In this document: one piece after another, positions 1 through 19,255 of the stretch | Layout: every line of letters begins with the position of its first letter | How positions within the stretch are numbered: position 1 is the stretch's first letter | DNA from: the human T2T-CHM13v2.0 reference genome, Homo sapiens | Length of the DNA stretch: 64,000 nt | Direction: 5' to 3' (one strand) | Assembly: GCF_009914755.1 (NCBI RefSeq) | Contig: NC_060936.1 | The notes under the pieces: model-generated | Told to the model about the DNA's origin: nothing | The model's input: only the letters and a program-made list of their open reading frames with translations | The model's database searches: none | Made by a program: the position numbers and the translations under genes

Positions 1-500
1 CTTCATGGATAATCCTTCCCATTGATTGAAGATCCCCAGAATTGTAAGTCTTTCTAATTAGCACTGACCAGGGGCATTACTTGCAGGGTAAACAATGCTA
101 TCTTAGTCGCATGCTGTTCCCCGATTTTGTGCCTGTACATACAGGCTTTGCACATTAACTCTTTTGGGTGCTTTGGAGTACTACTGCCCAGTTGTTGTTT
201 CTGAAGAAAGCCTTTAATAGTTCTGCTTTGGAAAAAAAATACAATGAAAGCTGCTGGAGATTGGCAGAAGATAAAGAAAAATTGACACATGTACTTGCAG
301 AGTAATCTGAAAGAAAGCTGAATGCATGGCAGAATGGATTTAATTTCTTCAGTTTATAAGAGTAGCATTTCATACACTAAAATTTCCTTTTTGCATTACT
401 TCCTAACTTACATTAATGATCACTTTCTTGTTCTTTCATTCAACACACACGGGCAATGTAGAGTTATAGAATATTTTATTTTTAAGAAACACAGCTCTTT

Positions 501-867
<367 letters not shown>

Positions 868-1064
868 CTAACTTTATTTCCTATTTTCTTACTTTCATAC
901 ATACTTCTTTAGATGAAAGCTAATTGGTTCGTGTGCCTAAGTAACTGTGACTCTTGAAACTTGTCTTTTTCAAGCCTTTGCTGAGACATTGTCTACGTAT
1001 CTAAAGCCTCCCAAACTGCTTATTTACAATTTCAAAAATCGTATATTGTATATTTTCTAAGACT

Positions 1065-1260
1065 ATGTTGGATATGGTATGGTAAAGTAACCATGGCTAC
1101 AGGAAGAAATGAGAATGAGGTTTGGAAGGAAGAAATTTATTACACATACAAGTCCCAGTGAGGGGGTCACTGTGTGCCTGCAGGGCCACCAGAGAAGTGT
1201 CAGATTTTGGTTGAGGTGGTGGAAGACAGTGAGGGGAAAGTTGACCAGAGCCTGTATTAA
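1065..1260 (-). mobile_element. Degraded ERVL-type LTR fragment (MER74/MER73-like)
   Basis: ggtaaagtaaccatggcta...gaaatttattacaca...cagggccacc...gaggggaaag...agagcctgtatt resembles my recollection of MER73/74; not aligned. Confidence 0.45.
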
Positions 1261-2289
1261 AACTAAAATATAAAGGAAAATGCCTAATTACCAGTATACA
1301 AAAACATTTAGTAAAGGAGGAAAACTGTAAATACAGTAATAAAGCACAAATAAATGATTGGTATAAAAGGAGATTCATTTTAGTAGACAAGTAGATCAAT
1401 AAAATCCTGGCAATGAGCCCATCAGTTACTGATGCTATTAAATTGCCCTTTTACCAGTCTCATTACTTGGAAACAGTTTTAAAGAGGAAATTCTAAGTTT
1501 CGTGTGTGTGTAATAGTACCTTTAAAAACAGGTACAATCGAAGGCTTATTGTGTTTTTCTTATGACTCACATGTATTTAGTATAAACATACAACACCATA
1601 GTGTTTTAAAAAGCACTTAGGCTTTCTTAATTAAAGGAATATTCACAGAAAAGTACATTTCTCAGAAGTTTATATTACTAAAAAGCAACTCAGAAGACTG
1701 ATTGATATTACTGTTTTTTAAAGATGAAAAATTTGAGGTAAAGGAAAAAGTCAAATAACCTGCTCGAGTGTGCATAGTGATTGAGATTATACATACACAA
1801 TTTACAGCTTAGTGCCTGATTCATAGGAAATAATCAACAGATTATAGATAGGCATTATTTAAAAAATAACCAAGGTATAAAGACGTACTGACTATTTGAC
1901 CACAAATATGAAATATTCTCTGGATAGTTAATTGAAGGGCAACTGAAATTCTTTGCTTTTTTGAGATATTTTTAATGGGGCATTTTAATATGTGTATGAC
2001 TGTGCTTGTCTATTTCTGTCATTTTCTACATAAAATATTTTATAGTTCAATACTAAAGTGGAAGATACAGGAGAGTCTGATATTTAAGGATATAATATTT
2101 CCAATGGGAAAATATTTTCCTGTACTTTTAAATGAAATGCAGGCATAGTCTCTCCTAATCAGGCTTTATTTAGGCTTGAATAGGTAAGTAAAGTGGGAAT
2201 AAGTTAATGTCATTTGAAATTATCTGCTTTTACTTAAGGAATCTTTGAGTCATTATATCATGATAAAATGCATTTTAAAGTAAAAACAT

Positions 2290-3000
2290 TGTTAAGGAAA
2301 GGTCATAATATCATGTCAATAGGTTCAGGTCTTCATAGACATAATTTATTTCTGAGCATTAAGTTCATAATAGCATAACCTCTGAATATATGCAAAAACA
2401 AGACATAACTATAAACATTTGTGGACAAAGTAATCAATATCGTGATATTTCAACATACCCTTCTAAATAATTGACAGATCAAGCAAAATTAATAAGAATA
2501 TAAGAGAATTAATAAGCTTAATAAAATGGATAAATATAGTAAAAATTAGGGAACCCATAACCTTCTTAAGCATTCATGGAATATTTATCATATTTACCAA
2601 AATTGACAATTAATATGTCATAAATTAAGTCTCAAAATTTTCAGATAACTGATAAACATTAACCATAGAAACAATATGCTCTGATTATGTAATTCAGTTA
2701 ATTATAAATGAGTAAGTTAAAAATAGCATTCTAAATATGCTGTAGAGCAAGGAAGAATTTATAATGCACATAAAGTTTTCAGCAATATATTTAATATACC
2801 ACATTACAACATGTGGAGTGCAGCCAAAATAGTACTTTGAAGGAAATATGTAGTCTTCAATGCATATAAAAGACAAGAATAAATACTCAAATTCTATAAG
2901 TTAAGCATCTAACCTAAGAAGCTAGAAAAAGAGAACACAACAAATGCAATAATAGAAGGAAAAGGAAAATATAAACATAAAATTTAATGAAACAGGAAAT
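2290..3000 (+). mobile_element. Old L1M ORF2 (endonuclease region) relic
   Basis: A-rich strand with decayed ORF2 motifs (attgacagatcaagc, catggaatattta..caaaattgac, aagaagctagaaaaaga); a further ORF2-like piece at ~3780-4030. Confidence 0.65.
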
Positions 3001-3096
3001 TTCAACTTTTGGCATGTCCGAATAGCTGGTACTAGACTTGCCTTCCTATTGCAAAAAATAAAAATAAAAATAAAAACTGGAAAATAAAACAAAATG

Positions 3097-3431
3097 CAGT
3101 CACATGCTATATTATAATGTTTCAGTCAATGACAGATTGTATATATGACAGTGGTCCCATGAGATTATAATATTGTATTTTTATTGCACCTTTATATGTT
3201 TGGATATGCAAATACTTGACATTGTGTTACAATTGCCTACAGTATTTAGTACAGTGACATGCTTTATGGGTTTGTAGCCTAGGAGCAATAAGTTACATCA
3301 TATAGCTTAGACGTGTAGTAGGCTAGACTGTCTAGGTTTGTGTAAGTACACCTGATAATGCTCAAACAAGAAAAATCACCAGACAACACATTTCTCAGAA
3401 CATATCCTCATTACTAAGCAATGCATGACTG
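3097..3431 (+). mobile_element. Tigger3a (MER7A) non-autonomous TcMar DNA transposon
   Basis: TIRs cagtca...tgactg followed by TA; internal ggtcccatgagattataat and ttgtgttacaattgcctacagt. Confidence 0.9.
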
Positions 3432-4031
3432 TACATCAAACAGTGATTTTCAGACATTAGGCAACAGGCATCAAAGGACTATTCTCCCTGAGAGAAAATA
3501 GTAATGAGGTGAGTTGCAAAGAATACTTTATGTTTCTGTCTGAAGGCACTTTCTGAACCTTGGTCCCAGAAGGGCCCAGCCTTGCAGTAAGACTAAACTG
3601 ATGTCAGAGAAAAGGCAGCACTAGTCTCTCTCTAGCAAAGTGAAAAACAAACAAAAGGATCAAGCTTAACTGACTGATAAAGTTTCACACTATTTAAAGG
3701 AAGACCAAAAAATCAAGAAACTAAAAAATACACTATTTAATTCAAAAATTACTATATATTCTGGATATTTTAAAAAGTGAAAATACTCTCATATTATTTT
3801 ACAAATTCAGTATAACCTTGCCAGCAAAACCATATACAGAGAGCATGACATGTAAAAATTGTAGGCTAAAATTAATCATTACGGTAGGTCCAATTATCCA
3901 AAGGAAAATATAAACAAACCAGTAATAAGTGAAAAGGAAAACTCAACTGTACCAAGTTAAATTTACTTTAGGAATGGAAGAATGATTTAACATTATGAAA
4001 AACAACATATTATTGTAATTCCCCACATTAA

Positions 4032-7000
4032 CAAATCAAAGAGAAAAGTATGGGAGGGAGGTGGAGCAAGATGGCTAAATAGAATTTTCAGCAATTGTCC
4101 CCCACCTGCCAGAGAAACACCAAATTAAACAACTATCCACACAAGAAAGCATCTGCATAAGAACCAAAAGTCAGGAGAGCAATCACATTACCTGATTTTC
4201 ACATCATATTAAGGAAAGAGGCACCAAAGAGGGTAGGAAAGACAGTCTTGAATCACCTACACAAACCTTCCCTTAACCGCTGGCAGCAACTCTGCAGTGC
4301 AGAGAGAGAATCTATGTATTTACCGGAGAGAGAGCACAGTGATTGTGAGACTTTGCATTGGAACTCCATGCTGCCTTGTCACAGCAGAAAGCAATACAGG
4401 GCAGAATTTGGATGGCATCCACAGAAGGAGCATTTAGACCAGGTATAGCCAGAGGGAAATCTTCCATTCCAGCAGTCAGAACCTAAGTTTTGGCTAGCTC
4501 CACCACCACCGGCTAAAGTGCTCTGGGGTTCTAAATAAACTTGAAAGGCAGCCTAGGCCACAAGGATGGCAATTCCTGGGCAAGTCCTGGTACTGTTCTG
4601 GGCCTGAAAATAGTAGACTTGGCCTGCATATGACCCACTGAGGCACCAATTGTGATAGCCAAGGGAGTGCTTGTGTCACCCATCCCTCAACTTCAGGTAG
4701 CACAGCTTGCAGCTCCAGGAGGAGAGGGAAGCATAAAGAGGACTTTGTCTTGCAATTTGGATACCAGCTCAGCCACAATAAAATAAGGGACCAAGGAGAG
4801 TCCTGAGGCCCCTATTCCAGGCACAGCTCCTGGATGACCTTTCTAGGCCCACCTTGGGCCAGAATTCCCTGGCCCTGAGGGGAAGGATTCAGTCCTGGCA
4901 AAATTTACCACCCGCTGACTAGAGAACCCTTGATCCTGGAATAAATATCAGCAGTAGTCAGAAAGCGGTTGCCATGGATGTTGGACAAGATTCAGTATTG
5001 TGCTAGATTCAGATCTAATCCAGCACATTTTCAGCTCTGGTAGCCACAGGGACATACTCTTTCTTTTTGAGGAAAGGAGTGGGAAGGGTAAAAAAGACTT
5101 TGTCTTGCAACTTGGGTGCCAGCTCAGGACAGTACAATAAAGCACCAAGCAGACTCCTAAAGTCCCTGATGATATGCCATAGCTCCTGGAGGGGATTTCT
5201 AGATCTAACTTGGGTCAGAAGAGAACCAGCCCTAAAGGGAGAGACCCAGGCCTGGCAGGACTCATCACCTTCTGACTAAAGAGCATATGGGTCTTTAATA
5301 AACTTCAGTGGTAGCCATATTGTAGTTGTCACAGGCCTTGAGTGAGACCCAGTACTGTGCTGCCTTGAGGTGTGACCGAGTACAGTCTTAGTGGTGATGG
5401 CCATGGGAGTGCTTGTATTTTCCCTCCTCCAACTACAGGCAACTGAGCATGGAGAATGAGAGACACTATTTGTTTGAGGGGAAGTAAGGGAAGAGAAGAA
5501 GAGGCAATGCATGGGAATCCAGGAATTCTCCTAGCTCTTGCCTGAGACCACCAAAGTGGTACCTCTATGAGTCTACAAGAGTCACAGTATTACTGGGCTT
5601 GGGTTATGCCCTAATGCACATATGGCTGCAGTGACTAAAGACTTAGACCACAACAATCAATTCCCTTTGAACACTTGGAAAGCCTTCTCAAGAAGGACTG
5701 GTACAGACAAGTCAAGACTATGAAGATTAGAATAAATTTCTAACTCTTCAGTGCCCAGATATCAATAAACAATGATAATCACCAAGACTATCCAGGAAAA
5801 CATGACCTTATCAAGTGAACTAAATAAGGCAACAATGACCAGTTTTGGAGTGACAGAGATATGTGACCTTTCAGACAGAGAATTCAAAATAGCTGTTTTG
5901 AAGAAGCTCAATAAAATCCAACACAGAGAAGGAATTCCGAATCTTATTAGATAAATTTAATAAGGCTATTGAGATGATTAAAAAGAATCAAGCAGAAATT
6001 CTTGAGGTGAAAAATTCAGTTAATAAACTGAGGAATGCATCAGAGTCTCAACAGCATAATTGATCGAGCAGAAGAAAGAATTAGTGAGCCTGAATACAGG
6101 TATTAAAAATAAGGTCACAGGAGACCAAAAAAAGAATAAAAAAAGAGTGAAGCACACTTACAAGATTAGAAAATAACCCCCAAAGGGCAAATCTAAGAGT
6201 TATTGGCCTTAAAGAGGAGGTAGAAAGGAGAGATTAGGGTTGAATGTTTATTCAAAGGCATAATAATGAGAACTTTCTAAACCTAGAGAAAGATGTCCAT
6301 ATTTAAGTACAAGAAGGTTATATTGTAACACCAAGCAGATATAACCCAAATAAGACTACCTCAAGACATTTAGTAATCAAACACCCAAAGGTCAAGGCTA
6401 AAGAAAGGATCCTAAAAACAGCAAGATAAAAGAAACAAATAACATATAATGGAGCTCCAATACATCTGGCAGCATATTTCTCAGTGGAAACCTTACAGGC
6501 CAGGAGAGAGTGGCATGACATATTTAAAGGGCTAAAGGAGAAACTTTTACCATGCAATATTATATCCAGTGAAAATATCCTTCAAACATGAAGGAGAAAT
6601 AAAGACTTTCCCAGACAAACCAAAGTGAGAGATTTCATCAACACCAGACCTATCGTACAAGAAATGCTAAAGGTAGTTGTTCAATCTGAAAGAAAAAGAC
6701 ATTAGTGAGCAATAAGAAATCATCTGAAGGTGCAGAATTCACTGGTAATAGTAAATGCACAAACACAGAATTTTATAACAATGTAACTGTGGTGTATAAA
6801 ATATTCAGATTTTTACTAGAAAGGCTAAAAAATGAAACTATTAAATATAGTAACTACTACAACTTTTTAAGACATAGATATTGTAATAAGATATAATTAG
6901 GAAGAACAAAAACTAAAAAAGGGGGGGATGAAATTAAAGTACCATGTATTTACTAATTTTCTCTTTGCTTATTTGTTAGTCTGTTTTCATAATCAAAGTT

Positions 7001-7460
7001 ATCAGTTTATATAATGAGTTGTAATATGTTATTTGCAAGTCTCATGTAAATTCAAATCAAAAAACTCACAGCAGTTGCACAAAAATTATAAACCAGAAAA
7101 TAAAACATAATGCCCATGAAAAATCACTTTCACAAAAAAGGAAGACAGGAAGCAAGGAAGGAACAAGCAAAACATGAAACAACGAGAAAACAAATAACAA
7201 AGTGGCATGAGTAAGTATTTACTTATCAATAATAACATTGACTGTAAATGGGCTAAGATCTTCAATGAAAAGGCATAGAATGGCTGAATGGATTTAAAAA
7301 AAAAATTAAGACCCAATGAACTGCTGCCTACAAGAAACACACTTCACCTATAAAACAAGCATAGACTAAACATAAAGTAATGGAAACAAATATCGCATGT
7401 AAGTAGAAACCAGAAAAAAGCAGGAGTAGCTATACTTACATTAGATAAAATAGATTTCAA
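4032..7460 (+). mobile_element. L1MA (L1M1-type) element, 5' part: 5'UTR with ~355-bp tandem monomers, decayed ORF1, inter-ORF, start of ORF2
   Basis: Starts ggagcaagatggc; caccaaattaaacaactatccacac 5'UTR; ORF1 remnant ICDLSDREFKIAVLKKL (5772-5954); monomer anchor gactttgtcttgcaa at 4741 and 5096. Confidence 0.85.
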
Positions 7461-8814
7461 AGAGAAGGAGGTGGCTGGCAAGATATGGCCAAATAGGAAC
7501 AGCTCCGGTCTATAGCTCCCAGTGATATCAGTGCAGAAGGCGGATGATTTCTGCATTTCCATCTGAGGTACCTAGCTCATCTAATTGGGACTGGTTAGAC
7601 AGTGGGTGCAGCCAACAGAGGGTGAGCTGAAGAAGGGTGGGGCAACACCTCACCTGGGAAGCACAAGGCATTGGGGAACTCCCTTCCCTAGCCAAGGGAA
7701 GCCATGGGGGACTGTGCCATGAGGAATGGTGCATTCTGGCCCAGATACTACGCATTTCCCATGGTATTCGCAACCTCGCAGACCAGGAGATTCCCTTGGA
7801 TGCCTACACCAGCAGGGTCCTGGGTTTCAAGCACAAAACTTGTCAGCCATTTGGGCAGATGCTGAGCTAGCTGCAGGAGTTTTTTTTTCATACCCCAGTG
7901 GTGCCTGGAATGCCATTGAGACAGAACCATTCTCTTCCCTGGAAAGGGGACTGAAGCCAGGGAGCTGAGTGGGCTAACTCAGTGGAGCCCACCCCTATGG
8001 AGCCCAGCAAGGTAAGACCTACTGGCTTGAAATTCTTGCTGCCAGCACAACAGTCTGAAGTTGACCTGGGATGCTGGAGCTTTGTGGGGAGAGGGGTGTC
8101 GGCCATTACTGAGGCTTGAGTAGGCAGTTTTTCCCTCACAGTGTAAACAAAATTGTCAGGAAGTTTGAACTGGGTGGAGCCCACCACAGCTAGGCAAAGC
8201 TGCTGTAGCCAGACTGCCTCTGTAGATTCCTCCTCTCCGGGCAGGGCACCTCTGAAAGAAAGGCAGCAGCCCCAGTCAGGGGCTTAAAGTTAAAAATCCC
8301 ATCTCCCTGGGACAGAGCAATTGGGGGAAGGGGCAGCTGTGGATGCAGCTTCAGCAGACATAAACATCCCTGCCTGTCAGCTTTAAAGAGAGGAGTGGAT
8401 CACCCAGCACAGTGCTTGAGCTCTGCTAAGGGATAGACTGCCAACTGAAGTGGGTCCCTGACCCCCATGCCTCCTGATTGGGAGACAGTTCCCAGCAGGG
8501 GTCGACAGACACTTCATACAGGAGAGCTCCAGCTGGCATCTGCTGGGTACTCCTCTAGGATGAAGCTTTCAGAAGAAGGAACAGCCAGCAATCTTTGAAG
8601 TTCTGCAGCCTCCACTGGTGATATCCAGGCAAACAGGCTCTGGAGTGGACCTCCAGCAAACTCCAGCAGACCTGCAGCAGAGGGGCCTGACTGTTGGAAG
8701 GAAAACTAACAAATAGGAAGGAATAGCATCAACATCAACAAAAAGGTGGTCCACACAAAAACCCCATCTGAAAATCACCAACATCAAAGACCAAAACTAG
8801 ATAAATCCATAAAG

Positions 8815-9838
8815 ATGAGGAAAAACCAGCACAAAAAGGCTGAAAATGCCAAAAACCAGAACACCTCTTCTCCTCCAAAGGATCACAACTCCTCACCAGC
8901 AAGGAAACAAAACTAGACAGAGAATGAGTTTGATGAATCGACAGAAGTAGGCTTTAGAAGGTGGGTAATAATAAACTCCTCCAAGCTAAAGGAGCATGTT
9001 CTAGCCCAATGCAAAGAAGCTAAGAACCTTGAAAAAGTTGGAGGAATTGCTAACTAGAATAATCAGCTTAGAAAAGAACATAAATGACCTGATGGAGCTG
9101 AAAAACACAGCATGAGAACTTCATGAAGTGTGCACAGGTATCAACAGCCAAATCAATCAAGCGGAAGAAAGGATATCAGAGATTGAAGATCAACTTAATG
9201 AAATAAAGCAGGAAAACAATATTAGATAAAAAAGAATGAAAAGGAACAAACAAAGCCTCTAAGAAATATGGGACTATGTGAAAAGACAAAACCTACATTT
9301 GACTAGTGTACCTGGAAGTGATGAGGAAAATGGAACCAAATTGGAAAACACCCTTCAGGATATTATCCAGGAGAACTTCCCCAATCTAGCAAGACACACC
9401 AACATTCAAATTTAGGAAATACAGAGAATACCACAAAGATACTCGCTGAGAAGTGCAACCCCAAGACACATAATTGATAGGCTCATCAAGGTTAATATGA
9501 AGGAAAATATGTTAACGGAAGCCAGAAAGAAAGGTTGGGTTACTCACAAAGGAAAGCTCATCAGACTAACAGCAGATCTCTTGGCAGAAACCCTACAAGC
9601 CAGAAGAGAGTGGGGCCCAATATTCAACATTCTTAAAGAAAAGAATTTTCAACCCAGAATTTCATATCCAGCCAAACTAAGCTTCATAAGTAAAGGAGAA
9701 ATAAAATCCTTTACAGACAAGCAAATGCTGAGAGATTTTGTCACCATCAGGCCTGGCTTACAAGAGTTCCTGAAGGAAGCACTAAACATGGAAAGGAACA
9801 ACCAGTACTAGCCACTGCAAAAACATACCAAACTGTAA
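8815..9838 (+). pseudogene. L1PA7 ORF1p remnant (stops/frameshifts)
   Basis: ATG at 8815; C-terminal piece KNFQPRISYPAKLSF in ORF 9497-9811. Confidence 0.9.
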
Positions 9839-9901
9839 AGACTATCAACACTATGAAGAAACTGCATCAACTAACGGGCAAAATAACCAGTTAGCATCAT
9901 A

Positions 9902-14090
<4,189 letters not shown>

Positions 14091-14302
14091 ACAATGAGAA
14101 TACATGGACACAGGGCAGGGAACATCACACATAGGGGCCTCCCATAGGGTGGGGGAATAGGTCAGGGAGAAATACCTAACGTAGATGACGGGTTGATGGG
14201 TGCAGCAAACCACCATGGCACGTGTATACCTATGTAACAAACCTGCACATTCTGCACATGTATCCCAGAACTTAAAGTATAATAAAAAAAAATAGATTTC
14301 AA

Positions 14303-14752
14303 GACATAAGTACAAAAAAGACAAAGATTTTTATATAATAATAAATGGATCAGTTCAGCAAGAGGATATAAAAATTATAGGTATATATGCACCCAAACCT
14401 GAAGCATGCAGATATATTAAATAACTATTAGAGCTAAAGAGAGAGCTAGGCCTCAATGTAATGATATCCACAGACTGCACCACCCCACTTTCACCATTAG
14501 AAGGATTATTCAAACAGAAAATCAATAAACAAACAAACACCAGATGTAACCTGCACTACAGACCAAATAGACCTAATAGACATTTGTAGAACATTTTATC
14601 TGATGCCTACAGAATACACATTCTTCTCCTATCCCATATGGATATTTCTCAGGGATAGACTAAATGTGAGGTCACAAAACAATTCTTTAAAAATTCAAAA
14701 TAATGGAAATTTATCAAATATCTTTTCTGACCACAATGGAATAAAACTATAG
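14303..14752 (+). mobile_element. Continuation of the host L1MA ORF2 endonuclease region
   Basis: Resumes directly after the L1PA7 TSD; tatatgcaccca, gacctaatagacattt, ttctgaccacaatggaataaaacta. Confidence 0.85.
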
Positions 14753-15200
14753 ATGAATAGTTTTATTCTTTTTCATATGGATATCTCATTTTCCCAGCAC
14801 CCTTTATTGAAGAGACTCTCCTCTTTTCAACATATGTTCTTGGGATGTTTGTCAGAAATGAGTTCACTGTAGTTGTGTGGATTTGTTTCTGAGCTCTCTA
14901 TTCTGTTCCACTGGTCTTTGTGTCTGATTTTATGCCAGTACCATCCTGTTTTGGTTGCTATAGCTCTGTAGTATAACTTGAAGTCAGGTAATGTCATTCC
15001 TTCAGTTTTGTTCTTTTTGCTCAGGATGGGTTGGCTACTCTGTGACTTTTGTAGTTTCATATGAATTTTAAGATTTATTTTTATTTCTGTGAAGAATGTC
15101 ACTGGTATTTTGATAGGGATTGCATTAAATCTGTAGATTGCTTTGTGTAGTCTGGACATTTAACAATATTAATTCTTCCAATCCATGAGCCTGGAATATC
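14753..15200 (-). mobile_element. Inverted L1MA ORF2 internal fragment
   Basis: Minus-strand ORF 14827-15159: [14 protein letters not shown]...[11 protein letters not shown]...WYWHK. Confidence 0.85.
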
Positions 15201-15500
<300 letters not shown>

Positions 15501-17137
15501 TTCAGTTATCTTTCAAAAGCTTTATTAATTATTAATTTTGTTTTATTGTGGCAAGAACTTTAACGTGAGATCTGTGATCTTAAACTTTTAAGTGTACTAT
15601 ACAGTATTGTTGACTACAGGACTGATGTTATGTCGCAGCTCTCTAGAACTTATTCATTTTCTTTAAGTGAAAGTTTATGCCTGTTAAATAATAACTCCCA
15701 GTTTGCCCCATCCCCTGCTCCTGGCACCCACTATCCACTCTCAGATTTTATTAGACTATTTTAGATATCACATATAAGTGGAATCATGCAGTACTTGTTT
15801 TTCTGTGACTGGCTTATTCCACTTAGCATAAAGTCCTCAAGGATCATCCGTGTTGTCACATATGCTTTTTTAAAGAGTGAATAATATTTCAATATATGTA
15901 TATATATATGTATATACCACTTTCCTTTTATCTATCACTCCTTTTATCTATCATTCCTTTTATCTATCAGTATTATCATTGTATTCCTTTTATCTATCAT
16001 ATTAGAGTCCTAATATGTCTTCAAAATACTGACTTCACTTCTTCTGGATAAATTCCCAGAAGGGGCACTGTTAGTCATTTGGTAGTTATATTAATAATTT
16101 TAATTTCTTGAGGAACTTCCACTGTTTTTATAGTAGCAGAACATTTTTACATTTCCACCAACGACGTACAAGGTTTCCAATTTCTCTACATTCTTGTCAA
16201 CACTTATTATTTTCTTTTTTTTTAAATTTAGACATACACTGGCTATCCTAATGTTGGTAATGTAATATCTCATTGTGGTTTTGATTTGTTTTCCCCCGAT
16301 GATTAATGGTATTAAACAAGCATCTTTTCATGTGCTTGTTGACCATTTGTACACCTTTTTTGGAGAAATGTCTACTTAAGTAATTTGCCCATTTTTTGGG
16401 GTCAAGTTACTCTTATTATTCTTGAGTTGTAGGAGCTCTTTACGTATTCTGAATATTGACTTCTTATCAGATATATAGTTTGAAATTATTTTTTGCCATT
16501 CTGTCTGTTGCCTTTTCACTCTGTTAATTACTTCCTTTGTTTCACAGTATTTTCTAAAGTTAGATATACTCCCATTTATATAAATTTTGCTTCTGTTGCT
16601 AGTGCTTTTGATGTCGTATTCAAGAAATCACTGCCAAATATAATGTCATGAAGGTTTTCCTCTGTTTTTTCCTAAGAGTTTTATAGTTTCAGGTCTTACA
16701 TTTAGGTCTTTAATCCATGTTGAATTAATGTCTGTATGTGGTGTAAGTTAAGGGTCCAACTTAGTTTTCCTATGTGTAGATATCCAGTTTTCCCAGGACC
16801 ATTTTTTTAAGAAACTAGTCTTTTCCCATTTTGTAACCTTGTCAAAGATAATTTGGCTATATGCATGAGAATTTATTTTGGGACCCTCAATTCTGTTCTA
16901 TAGATGTATATGTGTGTCCTTATGTCAGGACCATAGTATGTTTTTCAATTACTGTAGCTTTGTTATGTTTTGAAATCAGGGAGTGTAAGGCCTCCAGATT
17001 TGTTTTTCTTTCTCAAGATTATTTTGACTCTTCAGGGTTCTTTGAGATTCCACATAAATTTTGGGTTGGCTCCTTTTTAGTCCTGCAAAAAAAAAAATGC
17101 CATTGAGATTTTGATAAGGACAGCACTGAATCTATAG

Positions 17138-17449
<312 letters not shown>

Positions 17450-18789
17450 GGTATAAACATTTTAAGACATTAATTCTTCCAATCTATGAACATATGAAGC
17501 TTTTCCACTTATTTGTGTTCTTATTAATTTCTCTCATTAGATTGTATAGTTTTCTATGTATTGGTTTTTGCCTTCTTAGATAAGTTTATTCCTAAGTGTT
17601 TTATTCTTTTTGGTGTTATTGTAAATGGGATTGATTTCCTAATTCTTTTCAGAAAGAACATTGTTAGTGTATATTAACACATGACTTTTCGCATGTTGAT
17701 TTGTATCTTGTAATTTTATTGAAAATTTTCACTAATTCTAATAGTTGTTTGGTGAAATCTTTAGGATTTTCTATATATAAGATCATGTCATCAGCACACA
17801 GGGATAATATCATTTCTTCCTTTCCTACTTGAATGCCTTTTATTTCTTTTTCTTGTCTACCTTCTTTGGCTGGGACTTGCCAATACTGTGTTTAATAGAA
17901 GTGATAAAAATGAGAATCCTTGCTTTGTTCCTGATCTTAGAGGAAAAATTTTAATTTTTCACCATTGAGTAAGCCCATGGAAAAGCTTACAGCTTTTCAT
18001 ATATGGTCTTTGTTATCTTGAAATTTTTTCCTTCTAATTTTTGTTTGTTGACAGTTTTTCTCATGAAAGAATGTTGAATTTTATCCAATACTTTCCCAGC
18101 ATCTATTGCAATCATGTGATTTTATTCTCTATTCCGTAAATGTGGCATACCAATTTGATTGATTTTCACATGCTGAACCATATCAGCATTCCAGGGCTAT
18201 ATCCTACTTGGTCATGGTGTGTGATTCTTTTACTGTGCTGTTGGATTTGGTTTGCTAGTATTTTGTAGAGGATTTCTGCATCTAAATTTATCGGGGATAC
18301 TGACTCTTAGTTTACTTCTCTTGTAGTCTTTTTGTTGCTTTGGTATCACGGTAATTCTGGCATCATAAAATAAGTTGGGAAGTGTTCCCTCATCTTCAAT
18401 TTTTTGGAAGATTTGAGAATTGCTGTTAATTCCTTAAATGTTTGGTAGAATTCATGAGTGAAGCTATCTAGTCCCGGACTTTTCTTTGTTGTTGTTGTCG
18501 TTTTTTCAACTGATTAAATCTCCTTGTTGTTATAGGTTAGTTCTGACTTTCTAGTCCTTCATGATTTGGTCTCAGGAGATTATATCATTATAAGAATTTT
18601 GTTTCATGTTTAAGAAAAGTTATTTAGTTGTGGGAATATAATTGTTTACAGTAGTCATTAATAATTATTTTATTTCTGTGGCATCAGTTGCAATATTTCC
18701 TCTTTTTTGATTTTATTTATTTGAGTTTTATTCGTTATTTTTTAGGTAGTCTAAGGGTTTGTCAATTTTATTATTATTTTTAAACTTAG

Positions 18790-19255
<466 letters not shown>

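Noticed and set aside
54-373. Non-repeat ORFs and a minus-strand acceptor (ctttctttcag at 307-317) as a coding exon
   Set aside because: No recognisable protein, short frames and no clear donor. A non-coding exon cannot be excluded.
4530-5500. ~355-bp tandem repeats as an independent satellite
   Set aside because: They lie within the L1MA/L1M1 5'UTR and are an intrinsic feature of it.
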